From a virus (Duplodnaviria; Caudoviricetes), in IMG/VR virus record IMGVR_UViG_3300032303_000677, positions 1-38,967 of that record: a stretch of 38,967 nt of DNA; one strand, 5' to 3'. The translations under genes were made by a program, and so were the position numbers. This document shows, in pieces, positions 37,173 to 38,967 of this stretch. Positions within the stretch are counted from its first letter, which is position 1. Each line of letters opens with the position of its first letter. The notes beneath the pieces are model-generated. The model was given only the letters and a program-made list of their open reading frames with translations, was not told the origin of the DNA and searched no databases.

Positions 37173-37223
37173 CTATCCACAATTTTCGGTGGATAACTTT
37201 ACTTGTCCACAGGGTGTTGATAA
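37173..37223. promoter_or_regulatory. Cluster of four DnaA-box-like 9-mers
   Basis: CTATCCACA (+, 37173), TTATCCACC (-, 37188-37196), TTGTCCACA (+, 37203) and TTATCAACA (-, 37215-37223), each one mismatch from TTATCCACA. Confidence 0.65.
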
Positions 37224-37466
37224 CTAATACTGGATGTTTAAACAGGGAGACTTTGATTTGCACACCCAAGGGTGAGCAATTCAAACGAGCGAGGTTTAAA
37301 CGGGTGAGCGAGTGGCTCATGCGGTGAGCCTGTGACATCGAGCGGGGGTCAATCACGAAGTGAATCGGTCAGGCGTTGCATGTCATGGATAAGGTCATGG
37401 AGTGATGAAGTCATGTCCTAGATGTCCTGATGTTGCGAACAGTCTGCGAACAGAGAGCGAACCTTG

Positions 37467-37495
37467 TTGACATCGATTGTTTAAACGTCAACCAT
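37467..37495 (+). promoter_or_regulatory. Possible promoter for terminase small subunit
   Basis: Perfect TTGACA, 17-bp spacer containing GTTTAAAC, weak -10 AACCAT; overlapped by a GTTGAC/GTCAAC inverted repeat. Confidence 0.4.
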
Positions 37496-37555
37496 GTGCG
37501 GTGAAGTGGTCATGGAGTGACTACAGACATTCAATGCACTAAGGGGATTTAAACC

Positions 37556-38179
37556 ATGCAAAACGACAAGCACGACAACACAAGCACGACAAACACGAAT
37601 GATGCAAGCACAGAGCAAGCGGGGGCATATGTCGAAGACATGCGGTCACGTGTGGCTCAAGTAGACGTAAAGAAGAAGAGGAATGGACTGCCAAGAGGCG
37701 TACATAGAGAAGAGACTACAGACAGTCAAGGCAGAGACAAGAGACTGACTGCAAAGATGCAAGCATTCGCATCGAATATCGTCCAAGGTCTCTCACCCAA
37801 CGATGCGTATCGAAGAGCCTACGACTGCTCCAACATGGGCGAGGCATCCATCGTCAGCGAGGCGAACCGACTTTTGAAAGACCCACGAATTACTTTACTC
37901 CTCGAGTCGTTTTGGAAGACCCTCAAGGAAAACGTCATCGCCGACCAACAGGCAACACGTAGACACATCATGTCCGAACTGTTCGAGCATGCTGAACGCA
38001 AGACTGAGCGAACGAGTGACCGACTGAAAGCGCTTGAACTGATGGGCAGAGCAGTAGGCATGTTCACCGACAAGATAGAGAGCAAGACCGAGGAGGTCAA
38101 CGTGGACTCACTCAAGAAAGAATTGGAGTCATCACTCGAACTGCTCAAGACACCTAAGAGCAAACCACTACTGAACTGA
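37556..38179 (+). CDS. terS: Terminase small subunit
   Basis: LTAKMQAFA..QG....DAYRRAY..ANRLLKDPRI HTH region and RLKALELMGRAVGMFTDK motif. Confidence 0.85.
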   Translation: MQNDKHDNTSTTNTNDASTEQAGAYVEDMRSRVAQVDVKKKRNGLPRGVHREETTDSQGRDKRLTAKMQAFASNIVQGLSPNDAYRRAYDCSNMGEASIVSEANRLLKDPRITLLLESFWKTLKENVIADQQATRRHIMSELFEHAERKTERTSDRLKALELMGRAVGMFTDKIESKTEEVNVDSLKKELESSLELLKTPKSKPLLN

Positions 38180-38229
38180 TGCGAACCGCCTCGATGGGGT
38201 ACGGCATGTGCGATGCGTGATGTGCGACA

Positions 38230-38247
38230 CCCACCACCCGCCCACCC
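38230..38247 (-). other. Canonical G-quadruplex motif
   Basis: Minus strand reads GGG-T-GGG-C-GGG-TGGT-GGG in non-coding DNA after terS. Confidence 0.55.
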
Positions 38248-38399
38248 GCCATGTGCGAACGTGCGCCCCCGCCCACGTATACGCTCGATTTCCCACATCC
38301 CATCACTATTCTCTATAACATGCGAACGTTCTGCTATACTGAAACACCCCCCTTGTGTTTTCAAATCCAAAGGGGTGGGGGTATATAAATTTTTTAGGA

Positions 38400-38415
38400 G
38401 GTTTCACGTGAAACA
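38400..38415. promoter_or_regulatory. parS-like palindrome
   Basis: GGTTTCACGTGAAACA matches the chromosomal parS consensus TGTTTCACGTGAAACA at 15 of 16 positions; perfect 14-bp palindromic core. Confidence 0.75.
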
Positions 38416-38569
38416 ACTTAATGTCTTTCAGTGGGGCGTTGTCAATGGTCTGGGGTGGATAGCCGTTCTTACTGACGGTTGGATACTCCATGTGCACTGG
38501 TTGGCACTCATAGGGTTCGTGGCGTTAATTTATTCTTTATGGAGGATGTATGAAGACACCAGAGGATGA
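38408..38569 (+). CDS. Small two-TM membrane protein
   Basis: GTG start at 38408 with AGGAGG RBS; MKQLNVFQWGVVNGLGWIAVL..WLALIGFVALIYSLW. Confidence 0.6.
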   Translation: MKQLNVFQWGVVNGLGWIAVLTDGWILHVHWLALIGFVALIYSLWRMYEDTRG

Positions 38570-38780
38570 AGAGTTTGAGCGGATAGAAAGAGAGAACAAG
38601 GAACGTTCTCATAACCAAGTGGCGTTTAAAAGCACTCCAAGTAAGGTCAATGAAATGAAAAGAACTTGGGTAGGGTTGACCGATAAAGAGATTGAAGAGT
38701 GCTGGGATGGTGACTTGTCGCCGTACAAGATGCAGTGCATTAGAGAGATTGAGTCTAGGCTTCGGGAGAAGAACACATGA
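38550..38780 (+). CDS. Conserved phage hypothetical protein
   Basis: GGAGG RBS; WVGLTD.EI..IE..LREKN motif frequent in phage accessory genes. Confidence 0.65.
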   Translation: MKTPEDEEFERIERENKERSHNQVAFKSTPSKVNEMKRTWVGLTDKEIEECWDGDLSPYKMQCIREIESRLREKNT

Positions 38781-38967
38781 GCGCTGAAAAAATATTTAAT
38801 AAATTAGACCTTTCAAAGTTAGTCAAGGAAAACGCAACATCTGTTCCATTGGATTTCAAAAATGAGTATGGAAATAATTTGGCAATTTCCGCCAATGTGT
38901 ATGTGTTTGCAAGCCAAGGTCTATGGAAGTTTGTTGAATCAATAATTGAGCACACGCATGAGCAAAC
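38777..38967 (+). CDS. Hypothetical protein (3'-truncated by window)
   Basis: ATGA overlap with the previous stop; frame MSAEKIFNKLDL.. stays open to the window end. Confidence 0.5.
   Translation, partial: MSAEKIFNKLDLSKLVKENATSVPLDFKNEYGNNLAISANVYVFASQGLWKFVESIIEHTHEQ

Larger units (their letters stand above)
3117..37486. repeat. Dispersed highly iterated palindrome GTTTAAAC (extended CGTTTAAACG)
   Basis: At least 34 exact copies counted by eye across coding and non-coding DNA, 9 of them as the full 10-mer. Confidence 0.9.

Noticed and set aside
38213-38407. Upstream extension of ORF 38213-38569
   Set aside because: Pro/Arg-rich translation of C-runs; the strong RBS supports GTG 38408.

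Overview
A 39-kb piece of a tailed dsDNA bacteriophage genome with podovirus-like architecture. The gene families resemble uncultured freshwater, probably betaproteobacterial, phages (inference). Left arm (+ strand, 1-22135): end of a tail-fibre gene, a free-standing GIY-YIG endonuclease, a lysis cassette (holin, M15 peptidase endolysin), the tail nozzle, then an unexpected acyl carrier protein + ketoacyl synthase + small unknown gene directly ahead of three ejection-type proteins and a 3080-aa polyvalent virion protein. Middle (- strand, 22127-28137): recombination/modification operon (Cas4/RecE-like nuclease, ERF, SSB-like protein, SPPY DNA methyltransferase, Ref-like HNH). Next come RusA, a non-coding island with three candidate structured RNAs, an HNH nuclease and a T7 gp4/Twinkle-type primase-helicase (+). 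Right (- strand, 31190-36586): early operon (SprT-like protease, CobS/MoxR AAA+ ATPase, split CobT/VWA) behind a long structured leader, then a control region with DnaA-box-like sites, terminase small subunit, a G-quadruplex motif and a parS-like palindrome. No large terminase, portal, capsid, DNA polymerase, integrase, tRNA or CRISPR was recognised. Main leads: (1) a possible phage-encoded acylation system for ejection proteins; (2) at least 34 copies of the palindrome GTTTAAAC; (3) a candidate antisense sRNA complementary to an extended RBS shared by several phage genes; (4) host-chromosome-type cis sites (parS, DnaA boxes). All assignments come from motif recognition by eye, with no database searches.
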